Made by a program: the position numbers and the translations under genes. The notes under the pieces were generated by a model. The model ran no database searches and had not been told where the DNA came from. It saw only the letters and a program-made list of their open reading frames with translations. 64,000 bases of DNA from Chiloscyllium plagiosum (taxonomy: Eukaryota). Below are positions 1 to 13,480 of the stretch, piece after piece; within the stretch, counting starts at the first letter, position 1, and each line of letters starts with the position of its first letter. Location: contig NC_057722.1 in NCBI RefSeq assembly GCF_004010195.1, forward strand, positions 33,954,798-34,018,797, in the 5' to 3' direction.

Positions 1-419
1 ATTATTCACTCATGAGAAATAGAGAAAATATTCCTGTTTCTTTTCTCCCCAGGATATGGACCAAAGGGAGGAGGACATTTTTATCATGCCCTGTCAGAGC
101 TCTCCAGAGTATAAGCGTTTTGGAAAGAGGGATATATGTTGTACTAGATGGGGCCTGTCCTTGCCAAAAAGTCAACCAATAATGCCATCCAAATCAGATG
201 TGAAACATCCTTTCATTCATCCATAGGATATGGGTGCCACTGATTAGGCCAATATTTATGTCTGATTCTCAATTGCCCTTAGGGAGTGGATGGTGAGCTG
301 CCTTCTGAAACTGTCAAAGTCTATGTCATGCTCTTCACCCAGATTGCTGTTATGAATGGAGTTCCTGGTTTTTCACCCAGTGACTGAAGAAATTATGCTA
401 TTGGTCTAAGTCAGAATGG

Positions 420-2215
420 CGACTGACCATTCAAGTTTGATGGCAGCGGGGAAGAAGTTGTTCTTGAATCTGTTTGTATGTGTACTCAAACTTTCACATT
501 TTATGTCGTATGGAAGAGGGTGGAATAGAGTATAACCGGAGTGGGAGAGGTTTTTGATTATGTTCACTGTTTTCCTGTGGTAGCGGGAAGTATAGATGGA
601 GTCAATGGAGGGAAAGCTGGTTTGCATGGTAGACTGGGCTGTGTTCACATTTCTCTTAGTTTCTTATGCTCTTGGGAACAGCAGATGCCATAGCATGCTA
701 TGATGCATCCAAATTGGATGCTTTCCATGGTGTATCTATAAAAATTGGTAAGCGTCTTTGTGGACATACTAAATTTCCTTAGCCTCCTGAGGAAGTAAAG
801 ATGTTGACGTGCTTTCTTGACCATTGCATTGCCATGACTGGACAAGGACAGATTGTTGGTGATCATCACTCCCAGGAACTTGACGTCCTTGACCATACCC
901 ACCTCAGCACCATTGATGCAGGCAAGGGTGTGCCCTCCAATCTGCTTCCTGAAGTCATTGACCAGTTCCTTCATTTTGCTGATGCTGATGGAGAGATTGT
1001 TATCTTTACACCGTGCCACTAAGTACATAATCTTTTTCCTGTATTCTGTCTCTTTGTTATTTGATATCTAACTACGATGGTGGTGCCGTCTGCAAACATG
1101 CAAATGGTGTTGGGGTGGAATTTGGGCACACAGTCGTGACATTATAACAAGTATATTGGGAGGCTGAGTACGCACCCTTGCAAGGCACTGGTGTTAAAAT
1201 TTGTAGTGAAAGAGATGTTGTTGCCTATTCTGACTGAATGCGGTCAATGGGTCAGGAAACTTAGGATCCAGTTACAGAGGGGGAGCTGAGACCCACGTGT
1301 TGGAGTTTGGAGATGGCTTTGTTGTGAATTATGGTGTTGAAGGCAGAATTGTAGTCAATAATTAGAAGCCTGACATAAGTATCTTTGTTATCTAGATGTT
1401 CCAGGGACGGGTGAAGGGCCAGGGAGATGATGACAGTCTCTTGCGCCAGAAGACGAATTGCAAAGGAACAAGACAATGTGGTAGGCTGGAGCTGATGTGA
1501 GCCACAACTAACCTCCTGAAGTTTGTCATAATGATGGAGGTCAGAGCCATCAGGTGGCAGTTATTGAGGCATGCTGCATGGTTTTTCTTTGGCATTGGGA
1601 TCATGGTGGTCTTCTTGAAGCAATTGGGGACTTCAGATCATAATAAGGTGAGGTTAAAGATGTCTGCAAATACTCCCGTCAGCAGGTCTGCGCAGGATCT
1701 GAGTGCACAACAAGGGACCCCAACCAGGGCAGTTGCTTTCTGTGGGATAATGCTCAAGAAGGCTGGTCTAACATCTGCAGCAGTGACTGTGAATGTAGGT
1801 GCATCTGAGGCTTTTGGGATAGGTGACATCGTTTCACTGACCTTCTGTTTAAAGCAAGCATAGGATTTGTTGAGCTTTTCAGTTCAAGGTGTGTTATTCC
1901 CTAACGATCTGTTTGATTTTGCTTTGTAACTTGTTAGGTTGTGTAAGCCATGCCACAAATGATGGGTTTCTGTGTGGTTAGTTTTGTCTCAAGTTTACTT
2001 TGAAATTGCCTCTAGGCATCGCTGGTGGCCTTACCGGGGTCAGACCTGAATTTCATATATAGGTCAGGCATGCCCGACTTGAATGCCTCAGACCTGGACT
2101 TCAGTAGGGAGTGGATCTCCCAGGTCATCCATCATTTCCAGTTGAGGAGCATTCAGATTAACTTCTTCGGCACACAGCCTTCTACACACTTACTAATGAA
2201 GTCTGTAACAGTAGG
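420..2215 (-). mobile_element. Decayed Rex1/Babar-type non-LTR retrotransposon (RT region)
   Basis: Frameshifted ORF pieces [78 protein letters not shown]. Confidence 0.85.
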
Positions 2216-2307
2216 AACATACTCTTTTGGGTGGCTGTCATGGATTTGAAAGGCTCTCTCAAATGAACCTTGGTGAGTTGCTGCAATGCATCTTGTATAT
2301 TTTACAA

Positions 2308-2885
2308 ACCGAAAGAACTGCGAATGCTGTAAATCAGAAACAAAAACAGAAGCTGCTGGAAAAGCTCAGCACGTCTGGCACTTCAACATACCACCCTTTT
2401 CCCTGGTTTGCTGCAGTCCTCTAGTGAAGTTCAGTGTAAGCTGGAAGAACATTTCATTTTCCGCTTGGGGTCCCTGCAGCCTTTAGGACTCAAATCAAGT
2501 TCAATGACTTCAGGGCTTGCACTCTCCTATGTCCCAGCCCCAGTCCCCACGCCACCCCACCAAACCTTACGACACTACTCTGCTATTACATATAACCTAC
2601 TGTTAGCCACTAACAGTCTCCATTAAAAGCTATTTACCCTCCTCGCCCTGATCTTTATCCACTCCTTTTTCTGTCCAACTGTTTTCTCTCTTTGGGCTCT
2701 ATCCCCACCTATCGCTCACTCCTTACCCTCTCACCCCATCCTATCTTCTGCACAAAAACCAACATTTTCCTAGCTGCCATCAGTTCTGAGGAGGGGTCAC
2801 TGAATCTGAAACTTTAACTCTGATTTCTGCTCAGGTGTTGCCAGATCTGCTGAGCTTTTCCAGCAATTTCTGTTTTTGTTGCAGA
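2308..2885 (+). mobile_element. Penelope-like fragment with inverted ends and a degenerate hammerhead motif
   Basis: GIY-YIG C-terminal piece KLEEHFIFRLGSLQPLGL. Ends 2338-2380 and 2840-2880 are inverted copies. AGTT-CTGAGGA...GAAA..AACT at 2782-2819. Confidence 0.7.
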
Positions 2886-4089
2886 TTGTACACACTGTGC
2901 ATTGGAGATGAAGGCAGCAAATGTTTCGAGTAGTGGGTAAAGTACTGATCATGTGGGGCTTTCTTACCTTGGATGATTGAGCTTCTTGTGAATTGTTGGA
3001 GCTGTGCTTATCCAGACAAGAACAGATTATTCCATCACAATGTTAACTTCTACCCGTTGAGGAATGTGGAAATGACTTTCTCACACAGAATTCCCAGCCT
3101 TTGACCTATTTGTTTTGCCAAATTTATCCAGTTCAGTTTCTGATCAATTGCAAATCCCAGGATGCTGCTGGTGGTAGAATTTAGTAATGGCAAAACCGTT
3201 GAACACTAAGGAGATATGGCTAGATTCTCTCATTTTGGAGCTCTCATTACTGGTATTCGTGTGGCACAGAAGTTACATGCCAATTACCTGAATGATATTC
3301 AGGCTTTGCTGCACTCTGGCAGGGACTACTGTAGTATGTGAGAAATTGCAAAGCTCTTATACGCTGTATGTTTATCAATACGTATGCTACTTCTGACCTT
3401 ATGTTCAAAGAAAAGTCACTGACGACACAATTGAAAATGACTGGGTGAAGGATTTTGAGGAACTTCTGTTATGTCCCAGGGATGTGATGATTGGCCTCCA
3501 ACAACAACCTTCTATTGTCTAGTAATGACTCTAAACAGGGGACAGGTCCCACCACAACCCCACCCACACAGGGACATAGTTAGTTCTGAAGCACAAGTTT
3601 TCAAATAATATACCTGGATATAGTCAGAACTCATAGCTTTGATGTGGCCAGAGTCTTCAGTTGTTTCTTGATAACATGACATAAATAAAATTGGCTGAGG
3701 TCTGTCATTGGTAATAATTGGAACTTCAGGCAGAGGTTGAGATTAATTATTCGCTTTGGTTTTTAAAACTAGAGTTTTATATGCAGGCAATACTTTTACA
3801 TTTACATTGAACATTTTGTGCTTTTTTCTTACCTAATATCAACATTAGACATTCCCAGGTGAGTAAATCATGAGCCAAACAATAGTTCCCAGTCAACTGT
3901 GTTCTAACTTTAACTTCAGAAAGTCACTCCATTAAATAACAATTTACTTTGTTTTCATTTCTTGTACCATCTATTCCTATAATCTCAACCCTAACCCTAA
4001 TCCTAATCCAACAAAAGACAATAGATTCCAAGGCAAGGCAAGATATGAGACTGTTGAACAGGAAACTGTGCCTTCCTGATGCTGATGTG

Positions 4090-4345
4090 AGGCAGCATAC
4101 CATGATCAATTCTGTGCTGTGCTGTAGAGAGCAGTGCAGGGCACCACCACTGCAGTAGAGGCAAAGAAAGGGCTGTTTAAGCACTCCAACGATCTGTTCA
4201 ATGACAGGAGGTGAATTGGTAATCCTTAGTGCCCAACAACTGAGCTTAAATACTGATGATGCAGTGGTCTGGAGTGGAATAATAACATCATGACTGTTGC
4301 CAGGGCAGTATAAAATGACTTTGATGATGCATTTGAACAAGGTTT
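4090..4345 (-). mobile_element. PIF/Harbinger DDE transposase remnant (HARBI1-like)
   Basis: YCPGNSHD...VIEQIVGVLKQPFLCL..SGGAL...IMVCC resembles the Harbinger PGSxHD / IExxxGxLKxRFRCL motifs. Confidence 0.7.
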
Positions 4346-5195
4346 AGCAGCATTTTCCAAATTACTACATACTTGTCCCAAAATATCATTTTTCAAAGCA
4401 TCCCTACCACTGAGAGAAAACTGTAGTTGTTAGATGATTCTTCACTATCATTTTTTGACAAAGTATAATATTATAACTCTCAACTCATCTGGTACCAACC
4501 CCGAGTTGTTTGAAGCTTGGAGTATTATGGCCATGCTCAGATGTAAGGTTAAAGTGCCTACTCTGCATATGTGAGGTGAGCATACGCCAAATGGCTACTC
4601 TAACAATCTGCCCAAAAATGCCACTCTAGAATTGTGCACATATGAGCAAAATGATACGACAGAGCTGAATATATAGATGTTATGCAATATAATTTTGAGA
4701 CCATCAACTTTGAGCAGAGTTCTCACTAGATTGTGGGTTGGGTTTTTCCAGTGAATTCACCTGCAATTAGCCAAACTATTGCAAAAGACCCAAGATTTTC
4801 AAACACAGTTAATGCTCATCAATAATGTACTAAATACCTGACCAGTCCACATCAATGCAAATGCAAAATACATTGATATATTTTTGTTTAACTCACTTTT
4901 AGAATTTCACTTCAGGTTGCTCTGGATAGACCAGCCACTCTTACTAAAAATGCTTCTATGATGATGCACTCATTTTCAGCTGCATTAATAAAACTGCAAC
5001 AGATTGACACTTTTTAAGATATAAAGAGATATTCTTCAATCAAGGGGAAAACGTCCATTTGATGGTGTTGGTTCATGGGCAACTTTATGTTTGTAATGAT
5101 GCAAATAGTTTGAATGAAAACATGAACTACATCTTCACATCATAAAACTAGTACAATTTAGCCTGGATTGTGGAAATGTGCCAAAGTTTATATAC

Positions 5196-5370
5196 CTTGT
5201 CTGACCCATTCTTCATTGTGTTCTTTGTGTTGTAAAGTGAAACAGCATTTGTGGTTTCCTTTAACCAACTCTTGCCAAGTAATAGCTACAGTGGCCTCTT
5301 GCTCATCTGTTGAATTGGCTTGTCTTTCGAAAAGTGAAATTAATGCTGTGATAAAGCAAATAGCATTGAC
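5196..5370 (-). CDS. WDR49: WDR49 coding exon 4 (VNAICFITALISLFERQA...HNEEWVRQ)
   Basis: 175 nt, TTGCAG acceptor and GTATA donor, phase 0/1. ALISLFER and WVRQ motifs match WDR49. No further exon was found in 1-5195, so the gene continues beyond the left edge. Confidence 0.9.
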
Positions 5371-6550
5371 CTGCAAGAGCGAAAAAGGCATTATACATTT
5401 TCCACAATGTACTGGTAAAAGTTTTAACATTTGGTGTAGGGAAGACAAGAATCACTGGGAAGGTGACCACAAAGGTTCAATAACACAAGAATTATTAGAA
5501 ATCTCCCTGAATGTGTAACGCAACTCATTGAAACTATTATAACAAAAACAAAACAGATTCTTATCGAAGATCACATTGTCCATTATCATTTACTCAGTTT
5601 AGAAAATCAACGAATTTCACTTTTTCACTTATGATGCAATTTTCTATAACCTATCTCATTGAATTGTTGATGCTTCATTTTTTAAAAGTGTTCTCTTTTG
5701 TATTGTGTACTATATTTGAACCCAGTTACGTAATGCATGGCTCCTTCCAAAACAATGCAGGACGACAGTCCCAGTTTATATAGTGTACTTACTGTTGTTT
5801 TTTGTAGCCAAATTAATTGGAGCTTTGTGTACACATGCATTGAGAGAAGGAGTTCTACTCCCTGATAACTAAAGACTGGATAGTTTCTGACATTAATAAA
5901 TATAAGAAGACAACTGGCTCTTCAAAGAACACTTCAAAGATGAAACATTAGTTGGATATCCCAAAGATTCTATAAAATACCCTTTACACAATTCTACAAT
6001 GACAGTTGCAGTAAAACTAATGAACTTTGAGCTAACAAACTACTTAAGGTAGGTGCATATTCCTTGCCTAATTGTATTTCCCCAGAGTTATACCATACAT
6101 GACACATCGATATGAAGTTAAAAAAAGTAAACTAGAATTTAAAATATTTTAAATGTTTTAAAATATTTGCATGGCTTGTAAATAGTTGAATATCATTCAA
6201 ATGTCAAGATGATGAACGTAATTGAATAGAGGATAATAACTTGAGAAACAACATGATAATAGAGAAAATGACATTTTCATGTTAATTATATACAGCAAAG
6301 ATAGTAATGTCTGTTTTACACTACAGGTACTTCATTAAAACTGGTATATCTTTGAAGTGGTGCAGGCTGGCATCATTGAGATTTACTGATGGTTTTGCAT
6401 TACTCTGTACTCAGCCATATATATGAAAACTCAGCCACCTAGATAAAAATGCAGCTAGAATCCTTAATCCCAGTACTGAGATGGTTGCGACCTGCTGCTT
6501 ACCAATATTGAAAATGAGTGGTTGAAAAGACCACAGACTTGTTAAAACTA

Positions 6551-6767
6551 CAGCTCATTCTGCTATAACGCATGCTTTCTTAACACAAATTCTCTGTAAC
6601 ACAATTGATGATTTGGGGACATTGTTTTGAAAGCATAAACTTTTAAAACCTGTTGGCTGTAACGTGATTACATCGCCAACACTTTAAACACTGTTGCTAA
6701 AGAGCAATTTTTCTGTTATGCGGGGCTGCACAAGAACACAACCATCGTGTTACAGAAGAACTACCTG
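6551..6767. mobile_element. Tc1/mariner (Tigger-like) MITE
   Basis: TA|CAG...CTG|TA ends with imperfect TIRs (CAGCTCATTCTGCTATAACG vs rc CAGGTAGTTCTTCTGTAACA). Confidence 0.65.
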
Positions 6768-7385
6768 TACTTCTTCTCAAACTAATATTCCGTTTGCTAA
6801 AATTCAGTTTTTCCTCAAATTTTGATTTTGAACTGATGAATAAAGTGAACATTCACAATCTTGACTGGATAAAATAAAACTGCATTTATGTTGAAAAGGG
6901 AATCAGAGTGAACTGGAGAAATGGTGGCTGGGGCACAGTGACCTGTAGTGCTGAAGAAATCAAAACTAATAAACAGCAGTACATTTAAAATAAATTTACT
7001 AGATCGATTATACTCATGGATTTTATATATATAAAGACAGGAATTTCAATTGAGTTAATATGATAACAGCCTGAAGTGTGACATTACTTGGTGGTCGGGC
7101 CCAAGGTGGGTCCAGAGGGGGAAGGGGCCTAATAACCAATGTTCAGGTTGAGGGTGATGCTGCGGTGTACAAGCAGTGCCCAGGCACTGGACAGCACCAG
7201 GATGTGTAATTTTTGTCCCAATCTTTATATGACAGAACTGTCGCTACATTTTGTCTTTGTGTTTCTACGCAGCAATATTTATTTTAGCTTAATGAAATTC
7301 AAATGGATGCAAATAAGGTCCCTTGACAAGATAATCATAAACAAACATACACTTTGAAATTTTCACACTGTATTGACTTGAGTTA

Positions 7386-7712
<327 letters not shown>

Positions 7713-7714
7713 TC

Positions 7715-7955
7715 AATTTTTACACAGAGGGTCATTCATGTTTAGAATGAACTCCCTGAGGAAGTGGTGGGTGCAGGCACAGTTACAATGTTTTAAAGAC
7801 ACTTAGATAAATACATGAATAGGAATTTATGTATTCCTATTGGGATATGGTCCAGGTGCAGGCAGGAGGAATTAGTTTGGGATTATGTTCGCCATGGACT
7901 GGTTGGACCAAAGAGTCTGCTTCCATGCCATATGACTCTGTAACTCTATGACTCT
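7715..7955 (+). mobile_element. CR1 LINE 3' fragment
   Basis: FFTQRV...NELPEEVV-type tail followed by (TATGACTC)-like terminal repeats. Confidence 0.75.
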
Positions 7956-9429
7956 ACTTAATCAGAGTTTCAAAACTTGATACAGAGTTTAACAATTGTG
8001 TTACATCTGAAACTAATGCAAATAATTGTATTTTTGACATGCAATTACTTCTAGTCTTCAAGCAAACATAGCAGCCTGTTGCATGCAGCCATTCATGCTC
8101 CAAGTAATGTGGGGTTGACACATAAATATTTAAAATTGGAACGACAAGTTAATGAAACTAGTTAAAGTGATTACTAAATTCTTAAAATGTGCATCCTCTG
8201 GAAGCAAACATAGGTGATGCTAATCAAAAGGCATTAAAAGTCATAAAAAGGCTTAAAATATTGTTTTGGGTGTATGACATTTTTATAGAAATTGGAAGGC
8301 AGTGGGGAAGGTACAGAAAAGATTCAATAGGGAGATGCAAGAGACCATGGATCAACTAAAAATATTAACGCAGGCTCCAGCAAAAGATGAGATGAGACAA
8401 CGGAGGAGATGGGAGTCCGAAGTTTTGGTGAAGAAGGAGCTACAGGGTCAGAAGCACAACTCATCTAGAAATGGGGCACTGGGGTTGCAAAATGTTTGGT
8501 TGAGCTACAGACAGTGGCTAGAGAGGGGAGATGGAATTGGTAGCAAGAAAGAAGACATTTGACAGCATTCTAGAACATTTTTAAAAATTATACAGGCTTC
8601 ATAATCACCTGAAAGGAAAGGTTCTTCTAGGTTGCTTCAGTACAAACTAATTGACAGAGAGAAATAAAGCACAAGCAAATGATCAGAACTGATTAAGGTT
8701 TCTCAGGAGCTAATCACGTATTCAGGGCAATTGCTTTGGCCATTCCGATCTTTATTAAGGTGTAAGCATCACTGGCAATGCCAAAGAGTTATTACCTGTT
8801 GCAAAATTTTCCAGAGATGGAGGTGGTTAGCCACCATCTTGAACTGATGTTGTCGGTACACCATAGTCTTATTAGGAAGTTCCAGACTTTTGACGCAAAA
8901 ATGGTGAAGAAATAGCACTATTTCAAGTGAAGATAGCTTTCCATATGTCTACTGCCTTTATCCCACCAGCAGGGAGTAATCACAGGTTTAAAAGGCTATT
9001 TCAAGGAAACTTTAGCAAGTTGCTCAATACTCATTTGAAGAGCCATTGCAGGCACAATTGGTTTTACATCAAAAGCTCCAAAGACAAGCAACCCCTGTTT
9101 AGACCCAAAAACACATGCAGCTATTTTAGTTATTTTTTTCCCTTCACTTTTCCTGTTGCATAATAAAAGTGAACATCCATTTGAAGACTTCACAAATCTG
9201 ATGTTTCCACATTCAAGAATGATAACATACTCAATGGGTGTTAAGGACAGAGTAGCATTCCTTCAGACAAGGTTTTAACATAGGATGTTATTAAGGAAGA
9301 TTAGCTTCAGTCATTTGAGTTTAGTCCTACTGCTAAAATGACAGTCGATTAGTAAGGTCATGATTTAAAGTATAAATTTACAGATGTGATATCCTATTTA
9401 TAATGAATTGTCACCCACATCACCTAAGT

Positions 9430-11330
9430 GCCATCAGAAGGTTTGATTTTCCCTTATTCTCCCACTACATCTAGGTGCAGTCCTGTGTTCTTCAGCTGGG
9501 GTGGACCTGAGAGTGGAGCTGGTTAGTCTTAAAAACTCAGGCAGAAGTCCCCAGAGATGTTTGTAGCTGGAGGATCCAGACATATTGACAGCTGCAGACA
9601 TGCCATACATTTGATACAACATCCACAGGGTTGAGGGTTATCAAAGGGCAAGATGGAGGTGCAGAGGATGGGCAACACTGGAGTGTACTGTGAGGAGACA
9701 TTGCAGGGCATGTATGTGACTGGGGTCAAAAGTATGGTGCTGGAAAAGCACAGTGAACCAGGTAGCATCTGCGGAGTAGGAAAATTGACGTTTCAGGCAA
9801 GATCCCTTCATCAGGAAGGGTTTTTCCTGCTCCACGGATGCTGCCTGACGTCTGTGTTTTTCCAGCACCACACTCTTGACTCTGATCTCCAGCATCTGCA
9901 GTATTCACTTTCACCATGTATGTTACTGACACCACTCCATATCCCTGAGAGGAAGAGCTACCTGGGGTGTGGTTGAGGTGTGTACGTTTCTGGAAGCCAT
10001 TGCGCATTCTGCTGGATCCACCATCCTGTCTGTGGAGACAGTCAGACCCACTCATGCTGGAGCAGAATACTACTGAGAATACTGGTGGGGGCTGCGTGAA
10101 GCTTCAATCCAATTTCCTGAGTGTGACTGGCCGACCTGCCTGCTGCTCCTGTGCTTGCTAGCACGTGTTCACAAAGTTATTAATGGCTGACGCTATGGAA
10201 TCCTCTCCTGCCTGGGAGTGAGCAGGCACCTAGTATCTGCCAGTCTCTGAGAGCCCAATGACCTGGAGGATTTCTTACTCAACCAGCTGCAGAGATAGTG
10301 CCAGTGATGTGATCACCAGATTGTGCTTCTGAGTCTAACCGAGAAAGCGAGTGCACTGAGGTGAAAGTCTCTGAGCTGGTGCAGGGGGAAGGAGAAAGCC
10401 TTGATATGGGATCTGTGGCTTCTTCCCCAGAATGGGGGGAGGAGCTGATGTCCAGAGGAGGTTCTAGTCTCTGAGCTGAGTGGGTATTATTGGTTCCTGA
10501 TGAAAGAGAATGAGATATGTAATGAGGACAGAAATTCAAGCACATTAAGATTCGTTTCCACATGCTGGTAATGGGAGAGAAGTGCAGTGTAGCCCTTGGT
10601 TACCAGGCGAGGTGACGAGATGAATGTCAGACACCATGCCACCCATTCTTGGCCCTCCTACAATGAGATGAAGGAAGGGAGGCAGTGAGATGAAAGTGGC
10701 TGAAAGAGCTGTTAGTGCTCGTGTAAATGGGGCAAACATGGTGAGATGAGTGATTAGGAAGGGCAGAAGGTTGAAAGGCTTGGTAGTTTTGGCTGGGATG
10801 GGTGAGTGAGAGCCATTGAGGGAAGACATTGTGTGGAGCTGTGAGAGTGGGAGAGCTGAATCTGCTCGAGCATGTTCCTTGGCCTGAGGTGGGTGCAGTG
10901 GCAGTTAAAGTAAGTGTGAGGTAGCAGAAACAAGATGGTGGTACTTATTCTTACAAGTTGCAGAAGGTCATTAATCACTTTGCAGCATTGTTGTATGTTC
11001 GTCCAGACCACTGACATTGCACTGACCTGGTTGGTTACTTCAGACCAGGCCGACAGTATGCCATGATCTCCTTTGTTAGACCTGGGGCCCTCCTTTCCAC
11101 TATCTGACCCACAGGTCCCTGTTGAACAAGTGGAGTTCGACCATCCTTGCCTCAGCCATTCCTTTCTAATTGTACACCCACTCTGTAAGTGCAGTTCCTG
11201 GCTTGCAGTGTTTAAAATGATGCAGTTCAGATTTAAATATGGTATGCATGACATAAATAAGCATCTTTGTCCCTGTTAGCCACAAACATGCACAAGAGTG
11301 GTACTGTGGAGACAGGATGGATAACCAATA
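9430..11330 (-). mobile_element. Decayed Harbinger-type element region with a Myb/SANT-like ORF remnant
   Basis: AWSEVTNQVSAMSVVWTNIQQCCKVINDLL (about 10955-11060) fits the trihelix Myb/SANT W..IA..V......RT..QCRK.WNDL pattern and is followed by a GTAAG donor. Boundaries approximate. Confidence 0.55.
9723..9914. mobile_element. Short fold-back Penelope-derived insertion with a hammerhead motif
   Basis: Inverted arms about 9724-9784 and 9822-9881. Minus-strand CTGATGA...GAAACGTC at 9787-9814. Flanking repeat CATGTATGT(G/T)ACTG at 9709-9722 and 9915-9928. Confidence 0.75.
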
Positions 11331-11995
11331 AGTGAGCAGTGGAGATTTGCATGAGCTAAATCACCAGGGCTCACATTAGGAAACCTACATGAAACTCCCC
11401 AAAATTGACACATCGCCAAAATATGCAAGATTCATCCCTATGTCTACAAACAATATCTCCTAGGGCTAGTATATAACAACAAACAGAAAAAGAACAAATC
11501 ATTGGGTGACTCAAAAAATAACAGCAAATTGGGAAGCTATAGCAAGAAATTCTTTGATGAAAGGTGAGAACGAAATGATCTGCAACAATCCCACTGAGCT
11601 GGAGGAGAATTGCCAAGAATGTGAAGGAGGGATAGTGGACCCTGCTCACACTGTGTCATGATTTAGTACCTGTTTAAGGATGAATAAATACTGCTGAAAT
11701 TAATGTTGTTTAAACTGAATGTTAAATCAGAGGTATCTAAATCAGAAGCAGTTGGATTAGAGTAATATCTTATACAAACATATATTTAAGAAGCATTTTG
11801 GTAGCCATTGAGCATTCTGCTGGTTCCACCATTCTGTCCATGGAAACAGTCAGACTCACTCGTGTTGGAGCCTAATATTACTGATAATACTAGTGGGGAC
11901 TGCTTGAAGCTTCAAAAAATTCCTGAGTGTGGCTGACTTACCTGCCTACTGAACTGATTGAAAAATAGCATAGAATTCCAGAAGTGAAATCCTAC

Positions 11996-12436
11996 CTTAT
12001 TTACATTTGTCATGGAGACCATACTTGTAACCCAGAGATCCCGCAATCTTACGGAATCTGTGGCAACTCGTAGAGTTTGCTGTAGCCTCAAATTCTCACC
12101 CCAAACATTCATCCAACCTTCCTTACTCAAACTCAGGTAGCGATGTGAATTCTTCAGGTAGACTATACTTTGAATAGGTTCCTTATGGTGGGCTGGAAGA
12201 AATTTGATTTCTTTCCACTGAGGAACAAGTGATGATTTTGTTCTCTCGTCGTTTTCGTAAAGTTCTAACAGCATGAATGTTGTCACTTTGTTCCAGTCAA
12301 CAAAGCCATCTCGCGCTACGTCAATTCTGTCAAACAGAGCTCCATACTCTTCTTCAATGCCATATCCAAGAGCTATGAACATATTGTCAATAAAGCTCTT
12401 CCTATTAAGTGCAACAAATTCTTCAAAATTTGGTGT
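11996..12436 (-). CDS. WDR49: WDR49 coding exon 2 (EF-hand-like region and first WD repeat; TPNFEEF...FDRIDVARDGFVDW...LWVTSMVSMTNVNK)
   Basis: 441 nt between a TTATAG acceptor (12437-12438) and a GTAGG donor, phase 0/0. The translation is recognisably WDR49, and synteny with PDCD10 agrees. Confidence 0.92.
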
Positions 12437-13179
12437 CTATAAGTGGAAATGATATAAAATGAAGTAAAGTCTTTACAATTAGACCTGGATATAATCATTT
12501 TAAGTCAATGATAATTATACACTATTTACATTGCATTTCAAAGTACTACTTCATGAGCAGTACACAAACATTAAAGCAATTTCAATGTTGTGTGGACTGG
12601 GAATATGTCATTAGCATTTTATAAAAACAAATATTAACAAATTTATGAACACTGCAACTAAGTTTTTTTTTGAAGTACAATCTATATTTTCCACACAGTG
12701 AGACGATAAGCATTATCATAAATAGAAAAATAGAATTGGTCTCGAACGACCACAGGGATAAAACAGTATTAAAAAATCACTGCTTCAGCACAATTCAATC
12801 TTAACAAGCATTGACTTTAATAAATTTACAGAAATGAACTGGAGTTAGAGTAGTTTTGAGTGTCATATTGCCATTAAGCATATTATCCAAGCAGGCCCTC
12901 AAGAACATTTTATAATTAGATGTGTCACTCCACAGATAAACTGTGAACCCTAAATCTTATCTTCCTATTTATGTGGATATAGATAAATGCCCTCAAATGC
13001 AGTCTTGATGCCAAGGGCAGTCACTTTCACTTCCCCTCTACAGATCAGTCTTCTACACTTATATGTTTCTAATATTATATTCCTTTGTCTCTCGTTCTCT
13101 TTGCATTTTCCCCTTCCAAGTTCGCACTCTCTCTACTGGCGGCATCTAGGGGCACCTCCAAAACTTATTTAAAAAATGG

Positions 13180-13480
13180 GGAAATACAGTGGCTCAGTGG
13201 TTAGCATTGCTACCTCACAGTGCCAAGAACCCAGATTCGATTCCACCCTTGGGCAACTGTCTGTGTACACTTTGCACATTCTCCCTATGTCTGTGTGGAT
13301 TTCCTCTGAGTGCTCCAGTTTCTTCCCACAGTCCAAAAATGTACAGGTTAGGTGTATTGACCATGGGAAATGCAGGATTACCGGGATAGGGTAGGAGGTG
13401 TGTCTGGATGGAATGATCTTCAGAGGGTCAGTCTGGACTCAATGGGCCAACTGGCCTATTTCCACACTGTAGGGATTCCA
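13180..13480 (+). mobile_element. tRNA-derived V-SINE (shark HE1-like)
   Basis: A-box GTGGCTCAGTGG, B-box-like GATTCGATTCC, V-domain TTTGCACATTCTCCC...TTCTTCCCACAGTCCAAA, CR1-like tail TGGGCCAACTGGCCT. Confidence 0.85.

Noticed and set aside
3984-4010. Telomere-like (TAACCC)-type repeats
   Set aside because: Only about four degenerate units next to a transposon remnant; not a credible interstitial telomere.
13180-13260. tRNA-like sequence with A and B boxes
   Set aside because: It is the head of a V-SINE and continues into the SINE body and tail; not a tRNA gene.
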